A stretch of DNA of 64,000 nucleotides from Amoeboaphelidium occidentale (taxonomy: Eukaryota). The notes under the pieces are model-generated. The model was given only the letters and a program-made list of their open reading frames with translations, was not told the DNA's origin and did no database searches. Positions 19,365 through 33,490 of the stretch are shown piece by piece (position 1 is the stretch's first letter; each line of letters opens with the position of its first letter). The stretch lies in assembly GCA_023515795.1 (NCBI GenBank), contig JALGPX010000043.1:1-64000 (forward strand). The letters are read 5' to 3'. Made by a program: the position numbers and the translations under genes.

Positions 19365-22257
19365 ATGTCCGACGCAAAATTCTTTCAAAAAGGTACTGCT
19401 CAATTGATATGATCATAAATCTTATTCCTATTTTATAGGCAAAGTTCAAGAGTTCAGACAGGAGCTTGTTCAGGATGTCAAGAAGGATCCTAAACATACC
19501 AAGAAGCGCACAGTCTTAAAAAAAGTTGTGGCCAATATGACAATGGGCAACGATATGTCTCCCCTGTTCCCTGATATCATCAGCTGCATGCAAATATCTG
19601 ACTTGGAAATCAAGAAGATGGTTTACTTGTACCTGATCAACTACGCCAAGTCTAAGCCTGATTTGGTTCTGATGGCAGTGAACTCCTTCTTGAGGGATGC
19701 TGTTGATCCTAATCCTTTGATAAGAGCTTTGGCCTTGAGGACAATGTCTTACATTCATGTTGATAGAGTAATCGAGTGTCTTTGTGAGCCTTTGAGGATG
19801 GGAATGAAGGATAAGGTTTGTTCAAGGACTTAAAGCTCACCGTTATAGGATCCTTATGTTAGGAAGACTGCTGCCTTTTGTGTTCCAAAGATTTACTATT
19901 ATAACAAGGAGCTTGCTGTATCAGAAGGGCTCTTGTCTGCGTTGAAGAATTTGATCTCAGACTCTAATCCAACTGTTGTCTCAAGTGCTATCATCGCTCT
20001 GTTGGATATTGACTCAAAGTCTGATGATTTCAACTTTCAGATTTCCCTTTCTCAAGCTTCCACTTTAGTAACTGCATTGAATGAGTGCTCTGAGTGGGGT
20101 CAAACTTATATTCTGGAAGCTTTGATGCGTGTTGTCCCAAAAGCAAAAGGTGATGCTGAGTCTTTAATCGAAAGATTACAGTCTCGTATGCAGCATGCCA
20201 ATTCTGCAGTTGTCTTGACATGTATCAAGGTTATCATCTACTTGATGAATTATGTTCAAGATGAAGATATAATCAACAACACTTATCGCAAGATGGCACC
20301 GCCTTTGGTCACTTTGACGTCAGCAGAGCCTGAGATTCAATATGTAGCTTTGAAGAATATTCTATTGATCGTTCAAAAAAGACCAGAGTTGCTTCAGAAT
20401 GACATGAGAGTATTCTTTTGTAAGTACAATGATCCGATTTACGTGAAACTCTCAAAGTTGGAGATTCTGTTCAGATTGGCTAATGAAAGCAATGTTGATC
20501 TGATGCTATCTGAACTAAAGGAGTATGCGCAGGAAGTTGATGTTGATTTTGTTCGAAAAGCTGTTCGCTCTATTGGAAGATGTGCAATTAAGATTGAGAG
20601 TTCTGCTGATCGCTGCATTGCTTCACTCGTTGAGTTGATTCAAAGTAAAGTTAACTACGTCGTTCAAGAAGCAATTGTTGTTATTAGAGACATTTTCAGA
20701 AAGTATCCAAATCGATATGAATCTATAATTGGTGTTCTGTGTGAGAACTTGGATGGCTTGGATGAACCTGAAGCAAAGAGTGCTATGATTTGGATCATTG
20801 GACATTACTGTGACCGTATCGGCAACTCTCATGATCTACTGGAAACCTTTATCGAACCATTTACCGAGGAACCTGCTGAAGTTCAATTGTCTCTATTGAC
20901 TGCAGCAGTGAAATTGTTTGCAAAGAAACCAAGTGAGTCTTTCCCACTTGTCAAGAAGCTTCTCAATTGGGCTACGGAGAACACTGATAATCCTGATGTT
21001 AGAGATAGAGGATTCTTCTACTGGCGTTTATTATCTCATAATCCTTCGGCAGTGAATTCTATCTTGTTTTCAGAAAGACCTCCAATTTCAACTGCTACGG
21101 ATAATTTGGACCCACAATTGCTGAGAGAATTGATGTTGTATTTAAATACTCTTGCATCAATTTATCACAAGCCACCAAGAACTTTGTTCACAAATTTCAA
21201 GGAAAGTATTCAGAATGTTTCCAATTCTGGTGTCTCACAAGCTGCCGCTCAAGCGCCAAATCCAATGTTTGGAACTCAACAGCAACAATACAATCCTTAT
21301 GGCGCAGATAATTACAATGCTATGAATCAAAATAATGCGAGGCAAGCCAACAATTTACTGGATATCGAAGAACCTGAACCTGAACCTCAGAATGCAGGCT
21401 ATGGATTTTATGATACTGGAAAGAACGATTACAATCAATTCAATGTTTCCTCATCCCCACAGATTCCTGACAACATCATGGATCAACTTGGCCAGTTGGG
21501 ACTTGGAGGAACTGCGATGGGTTCAGCAAGTTCAGGAGCTTCTCTTGTTGCTCCAAAGCAAGTGTTTTTAGCAGCTAACATCGCTAAAGGTTTGGAAATT
21601 CAAGGCACTTTTGCGCGTAGACAGGGTAGAATGTTTATGGAGATGACTTTTACGAACCGTGCTTTGCAACCTCTAAGTGATTTTGCAATTCAATTCAATA
21701 AGAACACATTTGGTCTTTTGCCTGGTAGCCAGCTTCAAGTAAGATCTCCTTTACCACCAAGTCAATCCGCTGAAACATCTTTATTAATTGGAATTAATCC
21801 TGCGACTCATGCTCAGCCTTCTGTTCCATTGAACAATCTTCAAGTTGCAATTAAGAACAATGTTGGAGTATTCTTCTTTCAGACACTTGTGCCTTTCCAT
21901 ATCACATTCTCTGAAGAAGGAAAACTGGCACAGCAAGAGTTCGTTTCAAGTTGGCAAGCGACCGAATCATCAGGTGTTGCATTCGTTGTTGATTCATTGA
22001 ACTTTCCTAATATCGACTCCCTTAGAACAAAACTTGCTGCAAATAATGTTTTCATTGTTGCAGAGAGACAGGCCGAAAACAGATACTCCTTGTATTTGTC
22101 CAGCAAGGCATTCGATAATACGGTGTTTTTGACTGAACTTGTTGCGCCATCAGGTGTTAATGGATCCATCAATGTAGTGAATGTAACAGGAAGATCAGAA
22201 GCTGACAGCTATTTGACCTTGTACTTGGAGTCTTTGGAGGCCATTTTAAGGTCTTAA
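19365..22257 (+). CDS. APL1: AP-2 (AP-1/2) complex beta-adaptin
   Basis: MSDAKFFQKGK after intron 19393-19438; intron 19816-19848; EYAQEVDVDFVRKAVR, NPDVRDRGFFYWRLL; appendage domain. Confidence 0.9.
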
Positions 22258-22283
22258 TAATAGACGGCAATTATGTTTCACCA

Positions 22284-23135
22284 ATGCCAACATGTGTTGA
22301 ATGCGGCAATTCAGTCGCTTCCCTTTACACAGAGTTCTCAGCGGGAAACATTCGCCTTACACAATGCGTAACATTTTGCCTTGTTAGTTGCACAAGCTAA
22401 ATGTGTTATAGGAGTATTGTAAGAACTTTGCGGATAAGTACATTGAGCACGATTCTGTTATAATCTTTATTGACATGCTTCTACACAAACCACAAGTCTA
22501 CCGACACATTCTATTCAACCAATTGGAGCAGAGCAATGATGGAATCGATCCTAATGTATTGAGACTTGGAGTACTTTTGATTCTTTTTGATGTGTACGTG
22601 AAATGGTTTGGCTTGGAACTGCTATTCGGAACGGACATGTTCCGGAGCGATACATTTATAGGCCTGATGGGTCAATACATTTCTATTCTGGGGCTGTGCA
22701 TAGTGGAATTCATTGTGTTTCATTCAGTTATTCGATCCGTCGTAATGATGCTCTGTTCGCGCCAAAAGGGAACGATACAGTAAGACTTTATGCGAAACAG
22801 TTTAATGGAATTAATTTAACTTTTCTGTGTTAGATACAATTATATTTCAATGGCTCTGATAATATCTTCCTTTGCAAAATTACTTCTGATACTGATGATC
22901 ATATGGGAATACAACCAGAATGAATACTCTTGGCTGGTGAGCATATCAGTGTTAACTTCAAACACTGTAGCTTTATCAGGTAAGATTTATAAGGTGTAGT
23001 TTCATTCTAATTGTTACAGTTTTCCTAAATGTTTCTTATTTACACGGATTTCTATATATATTATCAGGACTTATTTCCAAGTCCCTGGTTCAGTTCTTCT
23101 TCTACAAATTCATAACAACCGTAGCCTCAATATAG
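22284..23135 (+). CDS. ARV1: Arv1 sterol-homeostasis protein
   Basis: MPTCVECG...IRLTQC, FADKYIEHD, IDMLLHKPQVYRHILFN; three introns. Confidence 0.9.
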
Positions 23136-23332
23136 AATAACTGGCGCATTTATATTTTCCAATGGCGTGATCGATTTTCAGGCGCAGATAGCTCCAGATT
23201 TTCAAGTTGTTTGAAAATCCGATTCCGAATCATTTTGACAATTGCGTCATCAGCGAATCATCCAATACCAAATCACTTCTACGTCATAACTTCTGCTTAC
23301 ATTTTATTCTTACAAGTCATTACTTAATCAAA

Positions 23333-24028
23333 ATGGTTCGCTCATCTTTACCTCCACTATCTTCTATTGAATCTGCTAAGCTAAGGGAAGTTGCACAAGA
23401 CTTCTCACTTGGTGATGTTATTGAAGCAAAGAAACTATTCGCCGAGAGGCCTGTGTTGTTCTTTATGGTTCGCCGCACAGGGTGCCCAGCATGCCGTGAA
23501 TTAGCTCATGAACTCTCAATGTTCTCAGATGTGATCAGGGATGAGTACGGCGTTGATATTGTTGCTATTGTTAAGGAAGTGATCAATGAAGACTTGGAAG
23601 GATTCCGTACATTCTTTGGTGGCAGAGTGTTCCTTGACAGCGAAATGAATTTGTATCGCGCTCTAACTGGTGGCAAATTGATCAAGAACAATGTGTTGCT
23701 TACATTGTTTCGCCCATCTGTTTGGAACGGTTTGAAGAGAGCCAGCTCCAAGGGCATTAAGGCTGGATCACTCGCAGGTGAAGCATCCATAAACGGTGGC
23801 TTCCTCTTGGCTTCCTCTAAGGCTGTTCATTACAAGATCAACGAAGAAGTTGGGCATTTACCATCTTTCGATGACTTGATGCAACAAATTCGCGCAGTTT
23901 CACCAAATGCAGGTGTTACAGATGTTGCGGATGCGGTAAATGCCAGTGGAATCGATGGTGTCAGTGCTCCTAATGCTGCACTGCAACGACCACTCTGCAC
24001 TGATGTCTGCGTAATCCCAGCAAAGTAA
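23333..24028 (+). CDS. Peroxiredoxin-like 2 (AhpC-TSA_2/FAM213-like) protein
   Basis: VRRTGCPACRE (CxxC), FFGGRVFLD, GGFLL. Confidence 0.8.
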   Translation: MVRSSLPPLSSIESAKLREVAQDFSLGDVIEAKKLFAERPVLFFMVRRTGCPACRELAHELSMFSDVIRDEYGVDIVAIVKEVINEDLEGFRTFFGGRVFLDSEMNLYRALTGGKLIKNNVLLTLFRPSVWNGLKRASSKGIKAGSLAGEASINGGFLLASSKAVHYKINEEVGHLPSFDDLMQQIRAVSPNAGVTDVADAVNASGIDGVSAPNAALQRPLCTDVCVIPAK

Positions 24029-24080
24029 ACTTAAGAATTATGTCCCCATGAGAAATAAACTCAATTCGCTTTATTCCCAA

Positions 24081-24621
24081 TTACTTGTTTTCCAGTTCAA
24101 TAAGAACACCTCCACAATCTTTTGGGTGAAGGAATACGACAGGTTTACCGTGCGCGCCAATTTTGGGTTCCTTATCAAGACTTCTGATTCCTTTACTAGT
24201 AAGATCCTTTAATGCAGCGTGAACATTATCAACTTCGATACACAAATGATGTATTCCTCCATCTGGTTTCTTGTTGAGAAAGTTCTGTATTGGGCTATTG
24301 TCTCCGTAAGGGTGTAACAGTTCGATCTTTGTGTTGCCCAACTCTACAAAGACAGTGTACACGCCATGCTCTGGTTGAGGGACTTTTGCTGATACTTTTG
24401 CTCCAAGAACGTTCTTGTAGAATTCTGTAGACTTCTCAATGTCCGGAACTGCGATGGCAACATGATTCAATACGCCTAAATTCCACAACTACACGGGAAA
24501 CGAAGTAACAAAAAGGTTTAGGGCAGAATTTAAAGTATTTTACTTTCTTTGGGACTTTTAAAGATGATGCGCCACTGCCTGTGACAAAGTTTCTCTTTAT
24601 AATTCCAGGAAATCGCATCAA
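24081..24621 (-). CDS. MCEE: Methylmalonyl-CoA epimerase, mitochondrial
   Basis: LNHVAIAVPD, NTKIELLHP, GGIHHLCIEV, IGAHGKPVVFLHPKD; presequence exon upstream. Confidence 0.92.
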
Positions 24622-24689
24622 CATTTTCTGACTTGTCGCTGTGAGAACATTTTGTTTCCGTGCAAAGAAAGTTTTTACTAATTGGAAGA

Positions 24690-24872
24690 ATGTCACCACA
24701 ACAACTGAAGGAACAGCGAAAGCGAAGAGACTTTGCGCAGGACGATGACCTTCCGATTTGTTTCAGGGCTTTTGGTTGCCAAGCGATCAAAGTGATCATA
24801 TTCTTTATCATATTTTTATGGGTCCTGTTTGTGTTGTATCAAGTCTTCCTTTATGAACAGAATAAACATTAA
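24690..24872 (+). CDS. Small single-pass membrane protein
   Basis: ATG ORF with a basic N-terminus and a long hydrophobic stretch. Confidence 0.45.
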   Translation: MSPQQLKEQRKRRDFAQDDDLPICFRAFGCQAIKVIIFFIIFLWVLFVLYQVFLYEQNKH

Positions 24873-24912
24873 ATCCATTTCATTTGATTTTATTTCTTCC
24901 TGTTAAGACCGC

Positions 24913-25886
24913 TTATGCTTCCAATGCCAAGCTGAAACCAAGCTTGTGTGCATTATCATTCAACTTTGCAGTATCAAAAGATCCACCCAAAGTGACCTTG
25001 ACACCTGGACGAATAGCTTGAGTGAAGCCCAAGCCCAAAATACCAGCATTGTTGATCTTTGCCTTTGCGAAAGTTACTTTATCAAAAGCATACTTTCCAC
25101 CAACTTCCAAAGCAACATTACCACCAACATTCTTCTTGTCCCAGACAGCTCTTGCACCTGCTTCAATATCAGGGCTGACTCTGTGGAAGTAGGAAGCAGA
25201 AAAGGCAGTCAAATTGTTCAAACCATGCAATGCAACGCTGTAGTCAGATGTGGCGTATCCCAAAGCAGATGCATATCTTGACACTTTGCCCTCCTGAACA
25301 TTGTAAGAAACTTCAGCACCAGCAACGAATCCTTCAGCACCAACAGCAAAATCAGCAGAAGCAGTTGGTCCCTTAAAGACATCCAAAGCAGCATTGGAGA
25401 ACAAATAGTCACGCTTGTACTCAACACCAACTTTAGCATTCTTCTGGCTACACAGGGAAATAAAAGGGAATTATAAGTTTCCAAAAGACACACACAAAGT
25501 AAAGGTTACCCTGCAGCAGGCAGCAAAGAACCATTCAAGTTCAACTTCAAACCTTTAACCAAAGAATCAGCCCATTCGACTTCACCAGACAAAACATTTG
25601 TGGTTGTCCAGGTCTCAGTAACAGTCAGGCCTAAACAGCGCAACGTAAAAGTTAAACACTCAAACAGAATATCATCAGCCTTACCGTGTGCCTTGTTGAC
25701 ATACTTTGTCTTTAACTCACCAGCAACTGCGCCAGACTTTCCATCTTGGCTACCAGACACTGTGAAGTTGACACCGTTCGATGCAACAGTCTTAACTTCC
25801 AATTTACTCACACCGACTGGAAAGTCTTTTGATAACAAATCCGATGCGCTTTTGCCAATTTCAGAGAATTTCGTTGGGACAGACAT
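24913..25886 (-). CDS. POR1: Mitochondrial porin (VDAC)
   Basis: PTKFSEIGKSASDLLSKDF, KAKINNAGILGL, HKLGFSLALEA; two introns. Confidence 0.95.
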
Positions 25887-26046
25887 TTCGTTGTATGTTT
25901 TCTGTGAATTAGGAAAGTCGGTTTAAAGTTGGGAAAATTGTTGTCGATGTCGCTGTCGTTTGCTTTGCGCCTCGCTTCGGTCGAATCTGTTGACGTCTTC
26001 GTCTAAGAACACACACAAACGAAATAGTTCCTTCGCTTTTATTAAT

Positions 26047-26892
26047 TCAATCCTTTTCTGTAATTCTGGTCAAATGCTTCTCAATGTCTGCTTCTGACAT
26101 TAAAGTGAACTTGCCACCGTTAACATCTTTTGAAACGAAACCTATTTCAATTTCTGTTGGTTTGAAGTCAACACTCAAAACACTTGCCAATGTTGTAACA
26201 GCCGTCTAAAGATAAATCAAAAAGCTCAAAAACAGAAAACCTCGATAGTATCATCAAAAGATAATGAAGATTCCTTAACAGACTCATTCTTCAACTTCTT
26301 CTCCAAATGATTAAGAGACTCCTGTTGTTTCGTGCCAGCTGATACTGCCTTGTAGCCAATGTAATGTCCAGCAGGATCAATTTTAAAAACTTGTGGCTTC
26401 TGTAGCTCATCATCAATGCCAATTAATATCATTGAAACACCGAATGGGCGCATTGCAGCGTGCTGAGTGTAAATCTGGTTCAGGTTCGCCATTCTCTTTG
26501 CCAATAACTCTGGTGAAATGTCATAGCCGTACTTATACTTGAACTCTGCAGCTTCATAGCGGGCCCTCTGTACTTGGGATCTTGCGTCAGGAATTAAGCC
26601 AGTCATTACACATCCAATTGTCTTTGTAACTGAGAACAAATGAGTAATTGTTGAAGGGTCAAGTAAAGAGTCTGGGACCTTCTTTTGTGTTACAACTACG
26701 GCGGAGTCTTTTCCCCTGACTGCTACGGAAGTGTTGCCAGCAGCTGAGATTGCCTTGAATGCATACTCTAACATAAAAGTGTTAACAATGTCTAATGAAG
26801 TAGCAGAGAGTCTTACCAACTTGGTACAGTTTCCCTTCAGGAGAGAAAATTGTTATGTGTCTGTCGTAACCACCGGAATTTCCTCTGGACAT
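26047..26892 (-). CDS. SCL1: 20S proteasome subunit alpha-1 (PSMA6)
   Basis: [47 protein letters not shown]. Confidence 0.95.
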
Positions 26893-26979
26893 GTTTTACT
26901 AATTGCGTTTCTTGTGAAGCTTGGAAAACCAAAAGCGAGCAAGCAAGCGAGATTTCATTTTGCGATTCGACGAGAAGCG

Positions 26980-28300
26980 ATGCACAGACAAGCGCACCCT
27001 CAACAGCCACAGCCACAACAGCAGCAGCAGCACTACAGCACCACCGTGGGAACTGGTCAGGGCGCAAAGAAGAAAAGACCTAACGAAAAAACTTTGCCAA
27101 TGGTTTTACTTCAGAAGGATTTACCTGAATCACAGCTGTACATGAAGTTAATTAATCAGGAAAAGCTATTGGATGCTTTATTTGTTCGTAAACGGTTGGA
27201 TATTCAGGAAGCACTAACAAGAGTCCAAAAGATAAAGAGAAAACTTCGGATATTTGTTAGTAACACTGCGGATAATCAGCCGCACTTTGCTCAGGATGAT
27301 TTGAATGCTGCGCTGGATTTTAATGCTACGCCGCCAAACTGGACACTGAGAATTACTGGGAAGCTTCTTAATGGTGACGGTCAAACTGTTCCTAATGGCC
27401 CGACTGCGAGTTCTGTCCCTGGTCCGTTACAGTCGTTGAAAGATCGCAAGTTTACTTCATTCTTCAAAAAGATTGTTATTGAGCTAGACAGGAGTAATGA
27501 GTTATTCAGTGGAAACTTGGTTGAATGGAACAAGAGCCAGGCTGTTAGTGATACTGATGGTTTTGAGTTGAAGCGCAGAGGTGATCAGGATGTTAATGCG
27601 AGAATTATGTTCTATTTGGATCAGGTTCCGGAAAAATTCAAATTGTCTCCACAGCTTAGTTCTCTCCTGAGCTTAAGGGCAGAGACAAAACCACAAATTG
27701 TTTTGGCATTGTGGAATTATATCAAAGTAAACAAATTGCAAGATCCAAATGATCACAAAGTTATCAAATGCGATGATGCACTAAAGAGTGTTTTTAGTCT
27801 GCCACAGTTTCAGTTCACTCAAATAGCTGATTTAATTCAGTATCATTTGGCACCGGCTGATCCTATTGTGTTTGAGTACACAATTTCTGTTAAAGAGGCA
27901 GAATCATTTGCTCCTTACTATCTTGATGTAGAAGTTGAAGCATTTGAAGATCCTGTTCGATTACAAATGTTAAGATTTGTTACTAGTCAGAATCTATCAA
28001 AAGATTACGCAATGTTGGACCAACAGATCTCCAGGTTGATGAGACAGATCAACATCCACAGGCTAAGGCGTGATTTCTTTGTTGCGTTTTCCAAGGATCC
28101 TGTTAGTTTTATTGAAAGGTTTCTGATTTTTGCTATAATTTTTCTAACTTTATAGATGGATTGCTAGCCAAGCAAGAGACATGGAAGTCACAATTGGGGA
28201 TAATGAAGTTAATCTTGAATGGCAAAGACGTGCTGAATTCTACAAGGAGCCCTTCATGGCTGAGGCTGTTTTCGGATATCTGTCGAGCAAGTTTGAATAG
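26980..28300 (+). CDS. SWI/SNF subunit BAF60/SMARCD (Snf12/Rsc6-like), SWIB domain
   Basis: KRKLRIFVSNT, KFTSFFKKIVIELD, ALWNYIKVNKLQD; intron 28119-28155, then WIASQARD. Confidence 0.92.
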
Positions 28301-28357
28301 AATCTAATTCTTTTAAGGTGCGAATTGTTTGACTGCGATCATACGCAACTTTTTACA

Positions 28358-29868
28358 ATGAACTTTCTGGACTTGAAGAAACTGTCAGAAATAGGAAATC
28401 AGATTTTAAATGAAGTCGCTCCACCTCCGGAATCGATGGCTCAGTACGAAGTTAAATACGAAGTTCCGGAAGCGCCTGTTTTAAATGATCATTCTTACGA
28501 AGCTCAACCTGAAGTCGACGATGGATTCACAGAAGAAGCATTTGATTTACAGGCACCTGCGGTCATACAGCCACATGCATTAGATGAAACTGCTGATAAA
28601 GGGACTAAACACTCGGAGCCTTTTGTTTCGTCGAATATTGGCACGACACCAGACAGCGAATTGATAAAGCTTGAATCAAGGAATGCGCAACTGTCAACTG
28701 ATTTAAGAGACCTGAAAAAATTACATTCGGAATTCAAGTACGATTTAAAAACTATTTTTGGGAGAATACTTTCTGGTTCTTCAATTGACGGATCGCTGTT
28801 GGTTCCGGAAGAGTTTCATGGGGAAATTTCACAGCTTGCGCGACTTGTTTCGGCTGGAAGAGAAAGGCCTACCGTAAATTCTGATGATGAATTAGAAAGG
28901 TCAAAGAAAGAAGTCGAACGGTTAAGGCGTCATTTAGTCGAATCGGAATCTAGTCACACTCAGGAGCTTCTGGAACTTCAGGCTCAGCTAGATCACGTGC
29001 AAGGTCAGTATGAAGCTGCGTCTGGAAGAATTCTCGCTTATGAGCAGATGGTAAATGAACGTGCGACAGTAACAAAGAGTCAATATGACGAACTTGTTTC
29101 AAGTTTCGAAAGATTGAAGGATGAATTACAAGAAGCAAAAGACGACTATGAAGATCAAAGGCGGAGGAATGACAGTCTTGCTCAAGTTTTAAGTGAATAT
29201 GAAATCGCAAAGCAAGGCGAAATTGATCTTGTTACTGGATCTCTGAAAAGCCAAGTCGGTAAATTGCAACAACAAGTTGATCAATACAAGAAGAGCCAAC
29301 TCGAGCACGACGTAAGAACCTTGTTTAACTTTGAGTAATTCGCTAGGCAATTTTTAAAGAACTAGGAATGGATCTTGAAGAGCTGAAGGTATTAAAAAAG
29401 TCTCAAGGGGAAAAAGATAAGTTAATTGGGTCCCTTCAGAAGCAGGTTGGAAATTTATCAATGGCCTTGTCAACAAGTTCATTCTATACGTCTCCAAGTG
29501 CAGTTTTGAATTTTCCCGGGAGTCCTTATTCAAGTACAGACGATGTTTCAAAGTCGCCTTCACAAACGATCGACCCTCGGATTCTGTCAAACTTGTTACA
29601 GCAGTATTTTACGTCAAAAGATCCTCAGCGGCTGGAGATATTGGTACTCATTACTAAAGTTCTTAATATGAGTGATTCTGAACGGGATGTTATTGGACTG
29701 ATACGAGATGAGCGAGGGAAATGGACAAGAAAGAAGTCGAGAAAAGCTTCTGAAGATTTGAGTCAGAATGCGTCCCTGGCAGAACAATGGATGTCGTTTC
29801 TTCTTTCGGAAGCTAGAAAAGCTGAAAAGAATGAGAATGCAGAGTCAGAAACAGAACAAGAGGAATAA
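28358..29868 (+). CDS. GRAB-domain golgin (Rud3/GMAP-210-like)
   Basis: Long coiled coil; IDPRILSNLLQQYF...EILVLITKVLNMSDSE; SLAEQWMSFLLSEA. Confidence 0.75.
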
Positions 29869-29883
29869 ATTCTGAATTGTATT

Positions 29884-30969
29884 TTAACGAACCGCTTGAA
29901 CTTTGTTGACAAAGAAGTTGTCTGTTAATTCTTTCTGCTCAGAAGAAATAACGCTGATGTGGCTTGAACCAATTTGTGCTTTCACGGCAGCTACAAGTAT
30001 TAAATCAAAATAGAACTGATCTTACCATGTAAAGTGCTGACTTTAGCTTTCACTGTCGGAGGAACTTCTTTACCGATGAATTGCAAAAAGACAAACTTAA
30101 CCGTAGTGGATTTGTCAATAACGTGATCATAGCGAAATAGCCCATAAATGATCTTGTTATCATTCAACAAAGATTTCCATTCAGAATCCGCGCCGGAACC
30201 AGATCCCAGTAATTCGAGTTCAGCTGGTTGATTCTTCTGAGGCCACGAAGAGTAAGAGCAGATCAACCACTTGACATTTGTCTTATCATTTCTCAAATTC
30301 TTAATTGCTTCTGTGACTTCTGGACGCAGAACCAGAGATTCTTTCAATTGAGTTGCAACTTGAGGGCCTTTCGTGGTTACAGCACCTTGTGGCGAATTAG
30401 GCATAGAAGTAGCTGTGAACCCACGCTGGCTCTTTCCTTGAGCAAACTCTGAACCATGAGCCTTAATCGCTGTTCCGGTGGCTAAAGGTTTAAAACATGA
30501 AGTTGTAAGAAACATACCATCTGCAATCTTCTCCTTGATCAAGTCTTTGGAGATTTCCTTCGCATAAGAAATCTCAAAGTCAACGTGATAAGGCTGGAAA
30601 TTCTTGACAACATCCCCTTTGATCACACCATATCTGCCTCTCTTTGCAAACGGGACACCTTCACCAACAAAGTAAATGAAGACAAACTTGGTTGTGACAC
30701 TCTGGTCAATCAGCTCTGTGGTCCTTAAGAGTCCATACATGACTCTGTTATCATTCAATTCAAGTTTCAAAGAGTTGATACCTCCAGAACCAAATGAAAC
30801 CAATTCCAGTTCAGAAGGTTTGTCTTCTCTGTGACCAGCCAAAAGCCTGAACATAAACCATAATGCCATTTAATGATTGTTACCAGTCAGTTTCTTCGTT
30901 ATCTTGTCTTACTTTGGCAATGACATCCAATAGTGCTTCTTTATCAACGAGGTTCAATTGACTACCCAT
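29884..30969 (-). CDS. Coactosin-like protein with tandem ADF-H domains
   Basis: Two repeats of YGL(L/F)R...IDxSxTxKFVF. Confidence 0.8.
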
Positions 30970-31204
30970 ATCTTGCAACTCAAAAAGTTGTTTGACTCAA
31001 AATGCAGACATCGCGAATACGCCACAGCTGTAATTCTTCTATGCAGTCCTTATATCACTTTGAATGCTGCAGCACATTTCTAAAAGCCACCAATGATCGC
31101 GAAGGAAGTCATTGTGCTTGTCAGTCGAATCACTCATGACAACGAAAATATCACCGTGAACGTCTCAGCCCATTTTATTCTCACTGTGAAACTTATCAGT
31201 TAAT

Positions 31205-31946
31205 ATGCCTAAACCAGCTCAAATCGATATTACTCCTGACTCCAGGTAATCTTTATTAACATGATCTTCAGCTGATCTCTCTAGCTACGCTGACATTATT
31301 GCCTTCCAACATGGTCGCTTCAGAAACTTGTCTAAGGACACTGTTGAAACCAGCAAGAAGAACTTCAAGGTATGATCTCTACTGGTATTGATCTTATCAT
31401 TTTAGTTGCTAGATAGTGATGGTAATGGTTACTTGGACTTCCATGAAGTCTCCATCATGTTCGAGAAGCTTGGTAAGTCGCTCATGTAATCCATTTGATC
31501 TTATATTTTCAGGCGAGACCAAAACTGCTAAAGAGGTCCGTGAATTGATCTCATTTGTCGATATGGATGATGATGGGTAAGATATGATAAATGATAATCT
31601 TAACTCTCATAGTCTCATCGACTTCCCAGAGTTCTTGCAAATGTTGGCTGGTCCACCTGAAGGTCAGGAAGAAGGCCAAGCCCACGACGCTGGTCCAATT
31701 GGTCGTATTGCAGCAAGCAACTTGGGAAATCACGCTGCGTTCTTTGAAAAGGCAGCTGCTTCAACTCGTGACTCTACTGAAGACCACAAGGAAAAGATCA
31801 AGAGAGATTACGAGGAGAAGAAGAAGATTGATGCATTACGCAAGGCTGAGATTGAACGTGAGAAAGAAGAAGCTGAAGAAAAGGCAAGAGCACAAGCTGA
31901 AGCACGTCAAAGATTGGCTGCAAAAGCTGCTTTGTTCCAAAAGTAA
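31205..31946 (+). CDS. EF-hand actin-bundling protein, EFhd2/swiprosin-1-like (many short exons)
   Basis: EF-hand DSDGNGYLDFHE..MFEKLG, second EF-hand, AAFFEK motif, charged C-terminal coil ending AAKAALFQK. Confidence 0.75.
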
Positions 31947-31974
31947 AAGAATTCATGTCCAATAAAGTGTGATT

Positions 31975-33225
31975 TTAATCTGCATTATCAAGGCCTTTCG
32001 ACCGATACAAACTGACGCCTTGACTCTCGGATGTTGCAGCGATCATTAAAGTATTGCGACTAAAAGAAGCACCGCCTACTTCCTTGCCTAAATAAGAGTG
32101 ATCAAGATGTAAAGCAGACGCCTTTCCAGTTTTCATATCCCATAGAAGCGCATGGCCGAAAGAAGATCCTGTAACAATAAACCGATCATTAGAACAAATC
32201 TCTCCTTGCACGTAAAATGAGCCAACTGAAAATAAATCCGTATCATGTAGCCTTTGTCGTGTGTTCAGATTTATATCCAAGCAATAAACTGAATGGTCTC
32301 GTGAAATAGCAAATATTTGCGATCCTGTAGAATCCTGAAAGATGAAACTGATGCCTTTCGGTGTTTCAGTATTAAGCTGACTGCTTGAAACAGGTTCAAG
32401 CTTATTTCGAATAAGAGCTTGGAACCTCATATCCCATATCTTGATTTTACCATCAACGCTCCCTGATGATACCAATAAATATTCACTGGATTTTAAAAAC
32501 TGTGCTCCTGTAACGCCGCACTAAAAGCAATTAATCGTCGATTTCAGCGATAATTACCTGTTTAGCGGGTTCAATCTTTTTCCGAGAAGGTGTCGTCTGT
32601 GAGAGAAGTGCGTGTGGCTTTGCTAGCTCCCTGATAGCTCCATTCTCTGCAGATGATCTGATGTCGTGAAGTTTTATAACTCCATCACGAGAACCTGAAA
32701 CAAATATGGAACGGTGCCTGTGATGCTGTCTTATTGTTTTGACAGACGCAGAATGCCTTGAGAAATTGTTTACTTGAGTACCCAGCTCGACATCCCAATA
32801 ATCAATCCTTCCATCGCCTGTTCCTGTGCAAATGTTTTCATCATCGTGTGACCAGCAGAGCTCAGTTATGGAATTATTATAAGATATTTTCGATCGAAAG
32901 TGTCTATCCTTCAGTGGCTCAGCTCCGTTGTAAAACAGCACTGTTCCACTTTCTCCTGCGACAGCCAAAACATTCTCTCCTTTGAAAATTAATCATTAAA
33001 ATCCGCTTAATTACTGTTCCCAAATTTGCATGAGAATATGCCTCGTAAATCTGCGCAAGAATCGGTAGTTGTAACATCCTCCAAGGCTAATTTGAAGCTA
33101 TTTGCGAAGGATGATGCCGGTATCACTAAAGCTCAGGCTGACAATCCAATGAAACGTTTACTGTCGCTGTAATTTGTTAAAAGCCCATGTTGCGCCTTGT
33201 TCCATTTGTCCAGAATGTTGGCCAT
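31975..33225 (-). CDS. WD40 protein, Cdt2/DTL-like
   Basis: AVAGESGTV, HSASVKTI, FVSGSRDG, DGKIKIWDMR, SFYV. Confidence 0.75.
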
Positions 33226-33490
33226 CTTACGGAGAAGATTGTGTCGATGAAACAATGCAATTTCGAACTTAGAAGTGCCCTTCAGATACTCTTCTTATTA
33301 GAAAAGATCATTTATTTTTCAAGGCGCTGCCATCCAGACTCCTTCTGCATTCTTTGAGTTGTATGCGCTCTGACGTCTCACAATGACTTCTTGACAACCA
33401 TTGAGCCTGTTTGCTAGAAATCAGAACCTTTGAAAAGATCAAACCATTTAGCATTATCATAAAATAGATTATAGATCCATAGAACATAAA

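Noticed and set aside
26995..27032. CAG/CAA repeat tract
   Set aside because: Ordinary polyglutamine coding stretch in the BAF60 N-terminus.
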